From contig CATNEN010000002.1 in assembly GCA_950097015.1 (NCBI GenBank), positions 2,852,001-2,916,000 on the forward strand: DNA of 64,000 nt, written 5' to 3'. The stretch is from Macrostomum hystrix (Eukaryota; Animalia; Platyhelminthes). The translations under genes were made by a program, and so were the position numbers. Every line of letters begins with the position of its first letter. The stretch's first letter is position 1. The notes under the pieces are model-generated. The model had not been told where the DNA came from, did not search any database, and saw only the letters and a program-made list of their open reading frames with translations. Below are positions 35,073 through 46,114 of this stretch, in pieces.

Positions 35073-38000
35073 TCTAGATTTCTTCAGACTATAGTCAGTA
35101 AGCCTTTATTTTGGAAAAAGACAGGCAGTAATTTTAGTTGTATGGGTTTTGAGAACTTAACCGCCTTGTAATTTGGGAAGGTTACGCCTTTAGGAAAAGA
35201 ATTTATTTTTTAGACTGTTTGGATAAGTAGAAGTCTTTCAATAACTGACTGAGTAAGTAAAATGTTATAAAACGTTTTCAATTGTTGTGAAAATAATTCT
35301 CAAATATAATTTAAACGAGTTTATGATGTAGACTTTGTACTTCATTACTACACTACTCCACAGCTGAAGTAAGTGGAGTAGATCTAGAATATATAACAAT
35401 AGTGGAGTACAGATCTATAATACTCGAATGTCGAGTCGATCGATTAACTTAAATAAATGAATACATAAATAAATTCGCTTTAAAGTCAAAGTTTTTATGT
35501 TCCAAAATCGCGATGCAAAAAACAAAAGCAGATTTCTTTTGGCTTTGCTGCGCTACATTCGTATTTGAGTTGTTGTTCGTTTTTAATATATTAAATATGT
35601 TTGTTTAAATGCACTTTTGATTTAAAAAATTGCAACATTCATACTTTAAAATTGAAATAGAAATTTGAATTGGATCCAGCACTTTTTTATTTGTAATGTA
35701 TTCCCCCTTGGAAGTTGGAACCTGCAAAATATGGTAAGTTTATATTTGAATTAATATGTAAATCTAGCTTGTATTTAGCTATTTGTAATAATATAACTCC
35801 TCAACACGTTTACATTAGTCGAATCAGTTGATGAAATTCGAACATTCGATTTCGAATTTCTAAAAGTGCGATTTCGAAATTGGGATACCAAAACTAATTA
35901 AATTAATTTTCGAATTTTCTATTTGTAAATTTGATTCTTTCTTTAAAGAATTCACTTTTTAAGAGGTGAACAAAATTAAATGTCTGGAAATTAAATGACT
36001 GTTGATGCATAGGGCCTAGCCATTGGCATAGGAACAATTAAAAAAAATTCAAATGAATTATGAGGTTCCTATTTTTTATGTTAATATACGCCATGCATTC
36101 ATGTAAAGTAGCAAAGTAAAAAAATAAAAGTAAAAATCAAAGTCTACATTTTACATTTATAATGTGGAGTTGCTGGATACCATTGTTGCCTCATGTCTCC
36201 TATTTTTATGCTTAGGCCTAGGCCTATCACTGTGTCAATGAGTGACTCACTTTTTCCATTGGTGGGAGGCAATGTTATTTATGCAAAAATGGTCTCTATT
36301 GCACACAGTTGACTACACTACAACTTACTGCTTGATGACTGCCTTTGCAACAGTTGCCTACAGTCCTACATGACATGACAGCCCAACTGTACTGTAATAA
36401 CAGCTGACTATGGTGGCAGCTGCCTGCTGCAGTGGGCAATCTTACTTTTGCAGGTTTAATCATTTTCTTCAATTATTTTCCAAACATTTAAATTAACAAA
36501 TAAGAAAAAATATAGATGCAATGTGAACTAAAAATGGCAGTTTTATGTCCAGGGTCCATAATCTCTCATGCATTCACTAGGCCTAATGGTAACTACACAG
36601 GGTGAAGAGTTTTGTGTTGATCAGAAATGCAAAAGTCCCACTTCTAGACAATGGGGAACAATTGCCTAGGAATTGCAAAGGTCATGTGACACTGAGGTTG
36701 ATGTCTTTGGCGCGAATCTCAATTTCTCCTTTGTCCTGCCAGGTCTTCACTTCTTCACTTGTGTAGGCCCCTGATGTGCTTCTGACAAGTATTCTTCTCC
36801 TTGGAAGTCTAAAGTTGCAAAGTAGACCGCTGTTCTAGACTGTGCTCAAATCGTATCTGTAGGTCAACCGGTGACGAGAGCAAATCAGAGTTCTTAACTA
36901 TGTCCTTGAGCTTGGAATCAACGATAGAACAACTGCCCTAGTGAACAATTCAAATCTTTCTTGTGTCTCTCTATAATAGGTCCTCCTAACGGGCATCTTC
37001 TTTGTTACCTGCAAAAGATAACAGATAACTCAAATCTATCAATCAATAATCCTCTAGGAGCTTTTCTTGAGACTTTTTCGGAAAATATTGCCTTGAAAAT
37101 ATCACCTACAAAAAATGGAGATTTTCATCAGTTTCAGAAAACTTTGCAATTTTATCCAAAGACTTAGATATTGACTTGTGTTACACATAATGGCTATATG
37201 CATGACAATTTAAACCACAATGAATATTTTATGCTTTGACTGCAAGCAACCGGTCATAATAGAAAAAAACAAATGACATGAAAAAGCGACCACGTCGAAC
37301 TACTTCCTTGAAAGATCCCCAATGACTGATTATTAAAGATGTCATATCCGTGTGGTACAATGTTTATAGTCCAAATGTTTACTGACATTAGCAATATTAG
37401 TTGTCCATTAGCATCGTACAAGCCTCGTAATATAGCATTAAAAATGCAACAACAAAAATAAAAACTGGCAAAAATTTCCAAACAGGTTACATTTTCCACA
37501 CGCCATAATGCGACAATAAACTAGTAACTACAAAATACAGGACCAGCTAACAAAAAACGGACAAGTAACCAAAAGTTTAACCATTAAAACATTCATCCAA
37601 TAATTAATTGTGGTATTAGAGAACATGACAATTACTAAAACAGGCAATAATTTCCAAGTGTAATAGGTCTATTTTTCTGCATTATAGCTGGTGATGGTTT
37701 TCTTTTTATTTTCTCGCGCAACAAAATTTTATTACATATTTTATATACATATAGTATATTACATATTATAAATATTTTATATACTTTATATAGTTTAGTA
37801 AATATGCATTATTAAAACAAAGTTGATAAATGCTATATAAGCATGAAGTTTTTCGTGGTGATAATACAACCCGCCAGTGAGCCAGAAAAGGCAATATCTG
37901 AGTAAAAGGATCTATTTGAATAAAGCAAACGTGTTGTGTTAGTTATTGAGGAAACACATTTAGTGCGAAACCGAGGATTGAGGCTGTGACCCTCTGATCC

Positions 38001-39119
38001 TGGAGAAACGCCCAGCAGAGACTGGAGAAGAAGAGACCAGTGCCTTAGAGGGATAAACCGCTCGTGCCAGTGCAGAAGCGCTACCTAGGAGAATCGCACA
38101 ACGTAAGAGTTGTGGTGTTAAAACGGCCCTTTTCAGGGCCACCGAGTTAAAGACATACGGAGAACGTGAACAGTAGAGAAGGAGATAAAAGAATAGAAGA
38201 GGCCAAAAGATACGCTACCAAGAAAGAGAGAAAAGTAGAGAGAGAAGCCCTGTTACACAAGCAGGCAATAATTTCCAAACAGGCAATAATTTCCAAGCAG
38301 GCAATAATTTCCGAGTGGGTATTAACTTCAAATCAGTCAGTGCGACCCAAAAAAGTAACTGCGCAACAGCAGGAACAGTAAATAGAAACATAAAAGGGCA
38401 AAGTAAATAAAAGTTCACCCACTAGGTCATGTATGTCACAAAGTTCAGAAATTTGACATTTGCGACATATTAGTAATTATTATTCAAGCACGAGTGTCGC
38501 AAAGAAAATAATTATTGGGGGCATTGGAAACGTGACTATTACTAAGCAGGCAAAAATTTCCAAACTCGGTAATATTTTCTATGCAGGCAATAGTTTCCAA
38601 ACAGGCAATTATTTCCTAAACAGAGATGGACTTTTATCGGCCAATAGGTTACAATTCAAACAAGTAATTCAATAAAAAACAAAAGTTTCAGCACTGGATT
38701 TTACAAGTCTTAAAGTTTAGAAAGACTTTATGTATACCAGTTGCCACATTGCTATTGGTACTTCAGTACGAGAAAGATAATATTGACACTTTTATTGCAA
38801 CATTGGAAAATATTACCATTACCATTTCGTGCAAGAACTTCGAGTCAGAGAAACTGTTTGGAACAGCCCTCGACAAATAGAACGAAAAACTACAGGAAAT
38901 CTTCAATACAGCGCATCACTTGATCTGGCGATATGCCTGGATTCGAGTTAACAAAACTCTTTACGCGTCGCTGTGAGGGCATTACCTTTGCCTTAATGTC
39001 CAATGCAAAGCACTTTCTAACCCTGTCGGCAAAAAGTGAGCAAATGGAAGAATTTTCACGACCCAAAACTTTAGCAAAGGTGTCATCCAGCGCCTGATTA
39101 CTTGTGTGACCAACATCCT

Positions 39120-39680
39120 GTGCATTGGCAGAGCTGCGGGCCGAAGCTCCTGATGAACCAGTCTGTGCCTTGGCAGAGCTGCCGGCCGATGCAGGTAAAG
39201 AACCAGCCTGTGCCTTGGCGCAGCTGCGGGCTGAAGCACCTGACAAACCAGCCTGTGCATTGGCAGAGCTGCCGGCCGAAGCAGTTGAGAAATCAGCCTG
39301 TGCCTTGGCAGAGCTGCGGGCCGAAGCTCCTGACGAACCAGTCTGTGCCTTGGCAGAGCTGCCGGCTGATGCAGGTAAAGAACCAGCCTGTGCCTTGGCG
39401 CAGCTGCCGGCCGAAGCAGTTGAGAAATCAGCCTGTGCCTTGGCAGAGCTGCGGGCCGAAGCTCCTGACGAACCAGTCTGTGCCTTGGCAGAGCTGCTGG
39501 CCGATGCAGGTAAAGAACCAGCCTGTGCCTTGGCGCAGCTGCAGGCCGAAGCACCTGACGAACCAGCCTGTGCATTGGCAGAGCTGCCGGCCGAAGCAGT
39601 TGAGAAATCAGCCTGTGCCTTGGCAGAGCTGCGGGCCGAAGCACCTGACGAACCAGCCTGTGCATTGGCAGAGCTGCGTG
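39120..39680. repeat. 45-bp coding minisatellite (15-aa Ala/Ser repeat in the minus frame)
   Basis: Units such as GCAGAGCTGCGGGCCGAAGCTCCTGACGAACCAGTCTGTGCCTTG; in frame with the recombinase. Confidence 0.9.
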
Positions 39681-39903
39681 CCACAGCTACAGTCGAAGAG
39701 CTACATGTTTCAATAGAACCAGTACGTCTGGGACTTGCTGCAGAGCTGAATGCTGCAGCGACAGCAGAAGATCCACGTGCACCAACAGAACTCGTTCCAC
39801 GTCTTGTGTTCAACGCTAGCAAAACAGACTGAGGACTGTTTGATACAACAGTTGGCTTGTAATTTTGTAATTCAGTAGTCTTTTCATTTTCAAGTGCAGT
39901 AGT

Positions 39904-40890
39904 TTAAAGCAAGTTGAGCACCATGACCCGTGCCGCACTGCTTTTAAGACCAGGCGTAGCCATGTATGACTGGTTGGCCACTTCAGGCCAGTGTACTAGT
40001 CGGTCGGACACTATGGCTTGCTGCTCTACGGATAAATACATGCGACTGTACGTCTCAACGAATTTGCGATAGTCAGTATGAGTCAAACGCGAAATAAGGT
40101 TAAACTTTTTCCTTTCAGCTGACCAGGCCACGCTGAACCCATTTGGGTACGGAAATAATGAGGCTTCCATGTCACACTCCTGCTGCAGACGACGATTGCC
40201 ATAGCGAAGGAGTAGATCACGAGCGACATCGACTGCTACCCTGACTGGCCCATAGGCGTAATCTGTTTTGTGAGAATGAACTAGAAAATCACGTTCCGTG
40301 TTTTCTTTCCACTGTACAAATTCTGCTAGTGTTGCGTTCGTTGCTACATCCAGACGGCTTGCATTGCCATCTAAGAAAGAAAATGCTGCTCCCAGTGCTA
40401 ACATTGCTAGCCGATCGTCTTCATCGTTAAGTGCTTTTTGCACAAGATGAGCACAATGCTGATGTAGAAAGTCGACTTGCTCAATGCTCAGAAGCTTTGT
40501 GTCGAGCTCACACTTTCGCTTAGATTCTATGATGCGCTTCACTTTTCGATCATACGTTTCACGGAGAGATTGAATTCTTTCTTTGAAAGCAGTGAGATGG
40601 TATTTTTTCTTTCTATCTGAAATGTCAACCCTCTTTCTAGTTGTAAAAAAAGTACCTAGATGTTTTAATGCCGCAAGGTATCTCGCAGCTCCGGAAGCAA
40701 TTCTGGTACTTTCCTCCTCAACGAATGTTGAAATTTCAGCACACACGGAATCCTCCAATAGAAGAAATGGGTCGTCGATGTTGAGCTTAACACATATTTT
40801 TAAAATGGCTGCTCGGTATGGAAGCGATGTACTCTTCACTAGGCCCTTGCCATCCCAAGCAGTCAAAAACATCTCATACTCATCAAGCCA
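39904..40890 (-). CDS. Tyrosine recombinase/integrase catalytic domain
   Basis: Candidate catalytic residues in the expected order (ORF numbering from 40872): R173 (GNASRLDV), K202 (HKTDYAYGP), H265-x3-R269 (THTDYRK), H294, Y303 (VHWPEVANQSY). Confidence 0.75.
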   Translation of the reverse strand, partial: WLDEYEMFLTAWDGKGLVKSTSLPYRAAILKICVKLNIDDPFLLLEDSVCAEISTFVEEESTRIASGAARYLAALKHLGTFFTTRKRVDISDRKKKYHLTAFKERIQSLRETYDRKVKRIIESKRKCELDTKLLSIEQVDFLHQHCAHLVQKALNDEDDRLAMLALGAAFSFLDGNASRLDVATNATLAEFVQWKENTERDFLVHSHKTDYAYGPVRVAVDVARDLLLRYGNRRLQQECDMEASLFPYPNGFSVAWSAERKKFNLISRLTHTDYRKFVETYSRMYLSVEQQAIVSDRLVHWPEVANQSYMATPGLKSSAARVMVLNLL

Positions 40891-41787
40891 TTAGTTTAAA
40901 TCACTTTTCTCTCTAGAGATAACATCTTCCTTATCGATATTGCTCTTCTCAATGGCTTTCTGCAGTTTCTGTTCAACCAAAGGGATCTTATGCTTATGCA
41001 GCTGGTGGGAGCTAATACACTTTCCTGGAAGAAAATGCTGTTGACAATCAGGACATTTGACTTTATCTTTTCTGTAGCTTTCACACAAAGCCTCTGTGTG
41101 CTGCTTGATCTGCAAAACCAATTGATCTATAGAAACAGTTTCGCTTAATAGGTGTTGGTGTGACTGCTTAATATGCTGTCGAAGTTTGGAGTTATTCACT
41201 TTATGATCGACGGTGATCCCGTTTTTCTTTGGCAGTGGGCACAAATAGGACACCCCAGGACCAGGTGAACCTTTCAGCTTTGGCTTAAGTTCTTGATTGC
41301 TACCCTCATCACCGACAAGTTCTTCACCAACATCACTTTCAGCCTCAGCATTTGTCTCAGATGTTCTTAAGATCTTATCATGATTGGTATTGGCACACCC
41401 TGGGTTAGTTTTTTCAGCAACTGATTCAGTACCTGTTTGATTGGTAGCGAGAACTTCTGGGCAAAGGTTACTGCCACCGGTCAAAAAACATTAGAAGTCA
41501 TGGCAGACAACAGATCACACTCAGAGATCGATTCTGTCTCACACGTGTCTGGCATAATAGTATCCATCTCAGCAGTTGTTGTTTCATTCATCGAATGCAA
41601 CACGTTAGGAATACCTACAGTAGCACTCAGCTGATCCTCAACTGTGCCTCTGATGCTGCAGTACTCAGAAATACCGATTTCAGGATTCTCAAATAAAAGG
41701 TCTACTAATGAAACATGTGCATGTTCACAGTTAGCATCAGCATCAAAGCCACTTAGCATTTTATCAGTACCACTTATATATGCACTT

Positions 41788-42410
41788 TTGTCATTACCAC
41801 CAGTCAAGTCATTGTCTCCACCATCATTGCTGCTGTTCTTGTCGTTACCACCAGTCAAGTCATTGCCTCCACTATCATTGCTGCTGTTCTTGTCGTTACC
41901 ACCAGTCAAGTCATTGCCTCCACCATCATTGCTGCTGTTCTTGTCGTTACCACCAGTCAAGTCATTGCCTCCACCATCATTGCTGCTGTTCTTGTCATTA
42001 CCACCAGTCAAGTCATTGCCTCCACCATCATTGCTGCTGTTCTTGTCGTTACCACCAGTCAAGTCATTGCCTCCACCATCATTGCTGCTGTTCTTGTCGT
42101 TACCACCAGTCAAGTCATTGCCTCCACCATCATTGCTGCTGTTCTTGTCGTTACCACCAGTCAAGTCATTGCCTCCACCATCATTGCTGCTGTTCTTGTC
42201 GTTACCACCAGTCAAGTCATTGCCTCCACCATCATTGCTGCTGTTCTTGTCATTACCACCAGTCAAGTCATTGCCTCCACCATCATTGCTGCTGTTCTTG
42301 TCGTTACCACCAGTCAAGTCATTGCCTCCACCATCATTGCTGCTGTTCTTGTCGTTACCACCAGTCAAGTCATTGCCTCCACCATCATTGCTGATTTTCT
42401 TGTCATTACT
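41788..42410. repeat. 51-bp coding minisatellite (GGNDKNSSNDGGGNDLT)n, ~12 copies
   Basis: Near-perfect tandem GTCGTTACCACCAGTCAAGTCATTGCCTCCACCATCATTGCTGCTGTTCTT. Confidence 0.95.
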
Positions 42411-42865
42411 ACTCATCACACCTTCACTAGTGATTAGAGCAGTTTTTCTCCGAAATTATGGACAAATCAACACTTTGGCATCTTTTTGTACCCTGCTGTG
42501 TGGAATGCGACTTCTTTGCTATACAGCCTTTCCATTCCTTGCCGCTTTCATCAATATATGAAATTTCATCACCACCAGTTGGGTTCTGAGAGTTAAATTT
42601 TACATCACTAATGCAAACATAATGTGCAGCACCATCTGACTTGTCAAACCAGTTAATAAGAATTTGTTTACCAATGTGTGACTTGCGTATAATGGCATTG
42701 TTGATATATACATTGGAAACAGTACTCACTGTCTCCTTTTTAAGCTCATGAGATACTTGGTCATTAATTGGCTGCATTGTAATCATACCAGAACTTGTGA
42801 AAACCGTATATTGGTTTTCACTATTACTAGGAGCTGTTAGACATAGTTTCTTTGCTTTTTTTATA

Positions 42866-45800
42866 ACAACAACAACAACAACAACAACAAAATACGCAAG
42901 CCCCAAACGTCAGGGGGGCGGCGTCAAATGATGCGCCGCAGAGCCAGCGCGCGAACATGGTCCGCGCCGGAGGCAGTGTCGGGCGCCCTGGCGTCGCTCA
43001 GCAGGCAGTCGACGTAGCGGCGGGTCCGAGCCTGGCCGCGCCTGAACGGGCCCTGCAGGGTGAGCAGAAGGACGTCCTGGGCGGGCTGGCGGCAGTAGCT
43101 TTCGGCCCGAATGACGTGGCCCGCTAGTCGAAGTCGTCGCTGGCGCAGGATGGTGGACGGGCGTTGCAGCTGAGCTCTCTCGTACAGAGCCTCCGTCCCG
43201 ACGCTCTCGTCAGCTTGAAAGGCCGCACGGAGCAGCCCCGAGTGCGCCGAGTCCAGCTGCCGCTCCAGCGTAGCCGTCAGCGTCCACGACTCGGCGTTGT
43301 ACAGCAGGACGGTCTCGATCACCGCCTGCCACAGCCGAGCCCTCTGGCGGTCAGGCAGCGCTGTGGACTGGAGGACGGCCCGGATCGAACGGTAGGCCGC
43401 CCATGCGAGTCCTCTGCGCCGCCGGATGTCGTCTTCCACGTTGGGCACCAGACCGCCGAGGTAAGTGAAGCGCTGGCAGCGTGCGAGCGAGATGATCTGC
43501 CCGTCTGCGCCGCGGCACGTCAGGTCCGCTGGGATGTCGGCCGGCACGGTCAGCACCTCGGTCTTAAGCGTGTTGATCACTAGGCCGACGCTTGATGCCA
43601 CCTCAGCCAACCTGTCAATCTGGCGCTGGGCACCTTCGACAGTCGAGGACAGGAGGGCGAGGTCGTCGGCGTAGCCAAGCACACTGAGGCGCTTCTCATC
43701 GTGGCGGCGACCGATGCGTCTGCGTAGCAGGAAGCCGTCTTCAGCCGAGGGGAGCGCAGTCCGAAGCACCCAGTCCAGGAGAAGCACGAAGAGGAACGGG
43801 GCCAGCGTGTCGCCCTGCAGCACTCCTGACGAGGTGGCAAACAGGTCGGACAGGCCGTCCGCCGTAACAACAGCAGCGCGCGTGTCGCGATACAGCGACA
43901 TGACAGCGGCGACTAGCTGCTCTGGGACCCGGTAGGCACGAAGGACTAGTGGAAGCGCGGCCCTCGACACCGAGTCAAACGCCTTGCGGAAGTCGACAAA
44001 CACGACGATCAGCGTTGACTGGCGGATGCGCGCCTCCTCGATGACACGGCGGAGTGCGAGGATCTGGGTTACTGTACCGCGCTGTGGCCGGAACCCGTTC
44101 TGCTCGTAACGGAGGTACGGGTCCAGCACCGACTGCAGGCGATCGAGAAGCAGTCGGTTGAAAAGCTTCGCGGTGCAAGACATAAGCGAGATCCCGCGGT
44201 GATCTTCTTTCCGCGTTGTCCCGGCCTTCTTCGGGATCGGCACGATGTGTGCTACGGTCCACTCGGTGGGCGCAGGGGCGCCGGCGAGCACGCGGTTCAT
44301 GGCGCTTGTGACTTGGGAAGCCACACAGCGGAGCCGCAGCGCCTCGACCGGAACCTCGTCGGGGCCGAGCGCCTTGCCGCCAGATGTTCTCCGAGCGAAC
44401 CGTACAACATCCTCCACAGTGACTGGGCTGGTGCGAAAATCCTCCTCAGCTGGCAGGGCCGTGTCCGTCGGCAGTGCGAAACTGGGTGGCAGCGGGGGCG
44501 AGGGCGCGTTCACAATGCCGGCGAAGAAGTCGCACAATTCATTCCTGCGCTCCTCCGGAGTGTCGCCGGCCAGATTTAGCGCCACACGCCTCTTGCGCCC
44601 CGTAAGGGTCCGAACGGCCGTCCACACTGCGCGGCTCCTCACGTCGGGGCCAGCTGCTGTGATGGACTGGATGGCGTCGTCGACTGCGGCCTGCTGCCGC
44701 GTGTCCAGAAGACGCGCGAGCGCCTCCTCGGCGTCACCAGTGGGTCGTCGGGATCTTCGGAGTCGCTCGATCTTTAGCCGCGCCTGCCTGATCGTTGGAT
44801 CGCTCTGCCAGACTGGCTGCGTCCGCTCCGCCGGTCGCATCAGCGGGACCGTCTTCTCAGCTGCAGTTCTCACGGCAGTGCTGATGTCGGCGTACTCCGC
44901 TTCGCGCTGGTTTCCAAGCGCGCCAGCGAAGGCGCCCGCGAATTGGTACTTTACGCGGGGGTCCAACAAGGCACGATAGTAGCGCCGTGGCCGCTGCTTC
45001 GGAGGTCGGTAGAGCGGGTCGTTGAGCCGCAGGTCGCAGAGCAGGAGTCGGTGGTCAGACCGGAGAGCCAGCGGAGCCATGGTGTCGCAGTTGATGACGC
45101 GGCGGTGCTCGCGAGCGCGGACCAGCACATGATCGAGTTGCGCCAGCCGCCTCGTGGCATTCCGTCCTCGCGCGTTCCGTCGTCTCCTCTTGCAGCCCGC
45201 GAAGGTGACCAGGCGGGCCGGTGGCTTGCGGAAACGGGTGTTAATTGACATCAGGTCCAGCCGTTCTAGTAGGTCCTCCAGCGCATCCGTGTTGGCGTTC
45301 TCGCGTCCCGTAACGAAAGGCGATCGTTCGGACCTACGTGGAACTGCGTTTAGGTCTCCGAGCACCACCAGCGTGTCGCGGTTTGGCACCTCTTCCAGCT
45401 GTCCGGCCAGAAACTCGAAAAAGGCGAGAGCTTCATCCGGGTGGGCAGCCGTAGGGGCGTACGCGCAGAAGAGCCGAATGCAGCGAGCGCGCAGGCGCAG
45501 GTCAACCCGCAGCAGACGCGGGGAGAGTGGGGCGCAGTGCACGCTCTGCCGAAGGCGCGGTCCGATCAGCACGCCGACGCCGCCACGCCCGCGGCCGTCT
45601 GCCGACGTGTACAAGAGGCTCCATCCGGCTCCAAGGTCCTCATTTTGAAGGCCTGGCTCCGCCACAATAGAGACCTCCTGCAGCATTATGAGGTCCAGCT
45701 GTAGGTCGTGGGCCAGCTGGACGAGCAGAGTGCGACGCCAGGGGGCCTTCAGAGTCCGGCAGTTCAGCGTGCCGAGCCTGAGGCGACCACCTGGTACGGC

Positions 45801-46114
45801 TAGGGCCCGATGACGTTGGGCCTCACGGTCCCCGGCGCCACCCGGCGGATCCGATTCAGAAGCGGCAGAGACCGGGGGCGACTGGCGTCTTGAAGCACCG
45901 CGAAGTCGCCCACGCCGGTTGCGCTCACGTCGCCGCTCAGTGCGACGGCGTGCGCTGCGCTGTCCTCTGCTCGTCCCTGATGTGCCGATCTTGGCTGCCG
46001 CAGCCGAGGCGCGGCCGTCCGAGCCAACCGAGGTCATCCGCGGCCTGATAGGCTGACCACGATGCCAGGAGGTGTCGACACTATTTGCACAGATGTGCAA
46101 ATATAATGGCTCGT
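42866..46114 (-). mobile_element. Full-length RTE-clade LINE with target-site duplication
   Basis: TSD TTTTTTTATA at 42856-42865 and 46115-46124; (GTT)n 3' tail (AAC repeat at 42866-42889 on +); single long ORF. Confidence 0.93.
42924..46037 (-). CDS. RTE APE endonuclease-reverse transcriptase, intact, 1037 aa from ATG 46037
   Basis: APE motifs GTLNCRTL, LQEV, YAPT, GDLNA, DHVLV, SDH. RT motifs VDFRKAFDSV, GVLQGDTLAPFLF, YADD. Confidence 0.95.
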   Translation of the reverse strand: MTSVGSDGRASAAAAKIGTSGTSRGQRSARRRTERRRERNRRGRLRGASRRQSPPVSAASESDPPGGAGDREAQRHRALAVPGGRLRLGTLNCRTLKAPWRRTLLVQLAHDLQLDLIMLQEVSIVAEPGLQNEDLGAGWSLLYTSADGRGRGGVGVLIGPRLRQSVHCAPLSPRLLRVDLRLRARCIRLFCAYAPTAAHPDEALAFFEFLAGQLEEVPNRDTLVVLGDLNAVPRRSERSPFVTGRENANTDALEDLLERLDLMSINTRFRKPPARLVTFAGCKRRRRNARGRNATRRLAQLDHVLVRAREHRRVINCDTMAPLALRSDHRLLLCDLRLNDPLYRPPKQRPRRYYRALLDPRVKYQFAGAFAGALGNQREAEYADISTAVRTAAEKTVPLMRPAERTQPVWQSDPTIRQARLKIERLRRSRRPTGDAEEALARLLDTRQQAAVDDAIQSITAAGPDVRSRAVWTAVRTLTGRKRRVALNLAGDTPEERRNELCDFFAGIVNAPSPPLPPSFALPTDTALPAEEDFRTSPVTVEDVVRFARRTSGGKALGPDEVPVEALRLRCVASQVTSAMNRVLAGAPAPTEWTVAHIVPIPKKAGTTRKEDHRGISLMSCTAKLFNRLLLDRLQSVLDPYLRYEQNGFRPQRGTVTQILALRRVIEEARIRQSTLIVVFVDFRKAFDSVSRAALPLVLRAYRVPEQLVAAVMSLYRDTRAAVVTADGLSDLFATSSGVLQGDTLAPFLFVLLLDWVLRTALPSAEDGFLLRRRIGRRHDEKRLSVLGYADDLALLSSTVEGAQRQIDRLAEVASSVGLVINTLKTEVLTVPADIPADLTCRGADGQIISLARCQRFTYLGGLVPNVEDDIRRRRGLAWAAYRSIRAVLQSTALPDRQRARLWQAVIETVLLYNAESWTLTATLERQLDSAHSGLLRAAFQADESVGTEALYERAQLQRPSTILRQRRLRLAGHVIRAESYCRQPAQDVLLLTLQGPFRRGQARTRRYVDCLLSDARAPDTASGADHVRALALRRII

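Noticed and set aside
39125-39832. Plus-strand 235-aa acidic repeat ORF (AELRAEAPDEPVCAL)n
   Set aside because: Antisense shadow of the 45-bp repeat; the minus frame is continuous with the recombinase and C-terminal domain.
39904-40893. Alternative nuclear genetic code (TAA as sense)
   Set aside because: Only two cases, both in a gene that also has indels and a LINE insertion. No intact gene here contains an internal TAA, and the transposase pseudogene shows TGA lesions; decay is the simpler explanation.
41644-42561. Plus-strand Leu/Pro-rich and His/Cys-rich ORFs
   Set aside because: Antisense translations of the 51-bp repeat; the apparent metal-binding composition is an artefact.
43164-46027. 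Many short ORFs overlapping the RTE, and likewise over the Gypsy and SID-1
   Set aside because: Alternative-frame shadows of GC-rich coding sequence.
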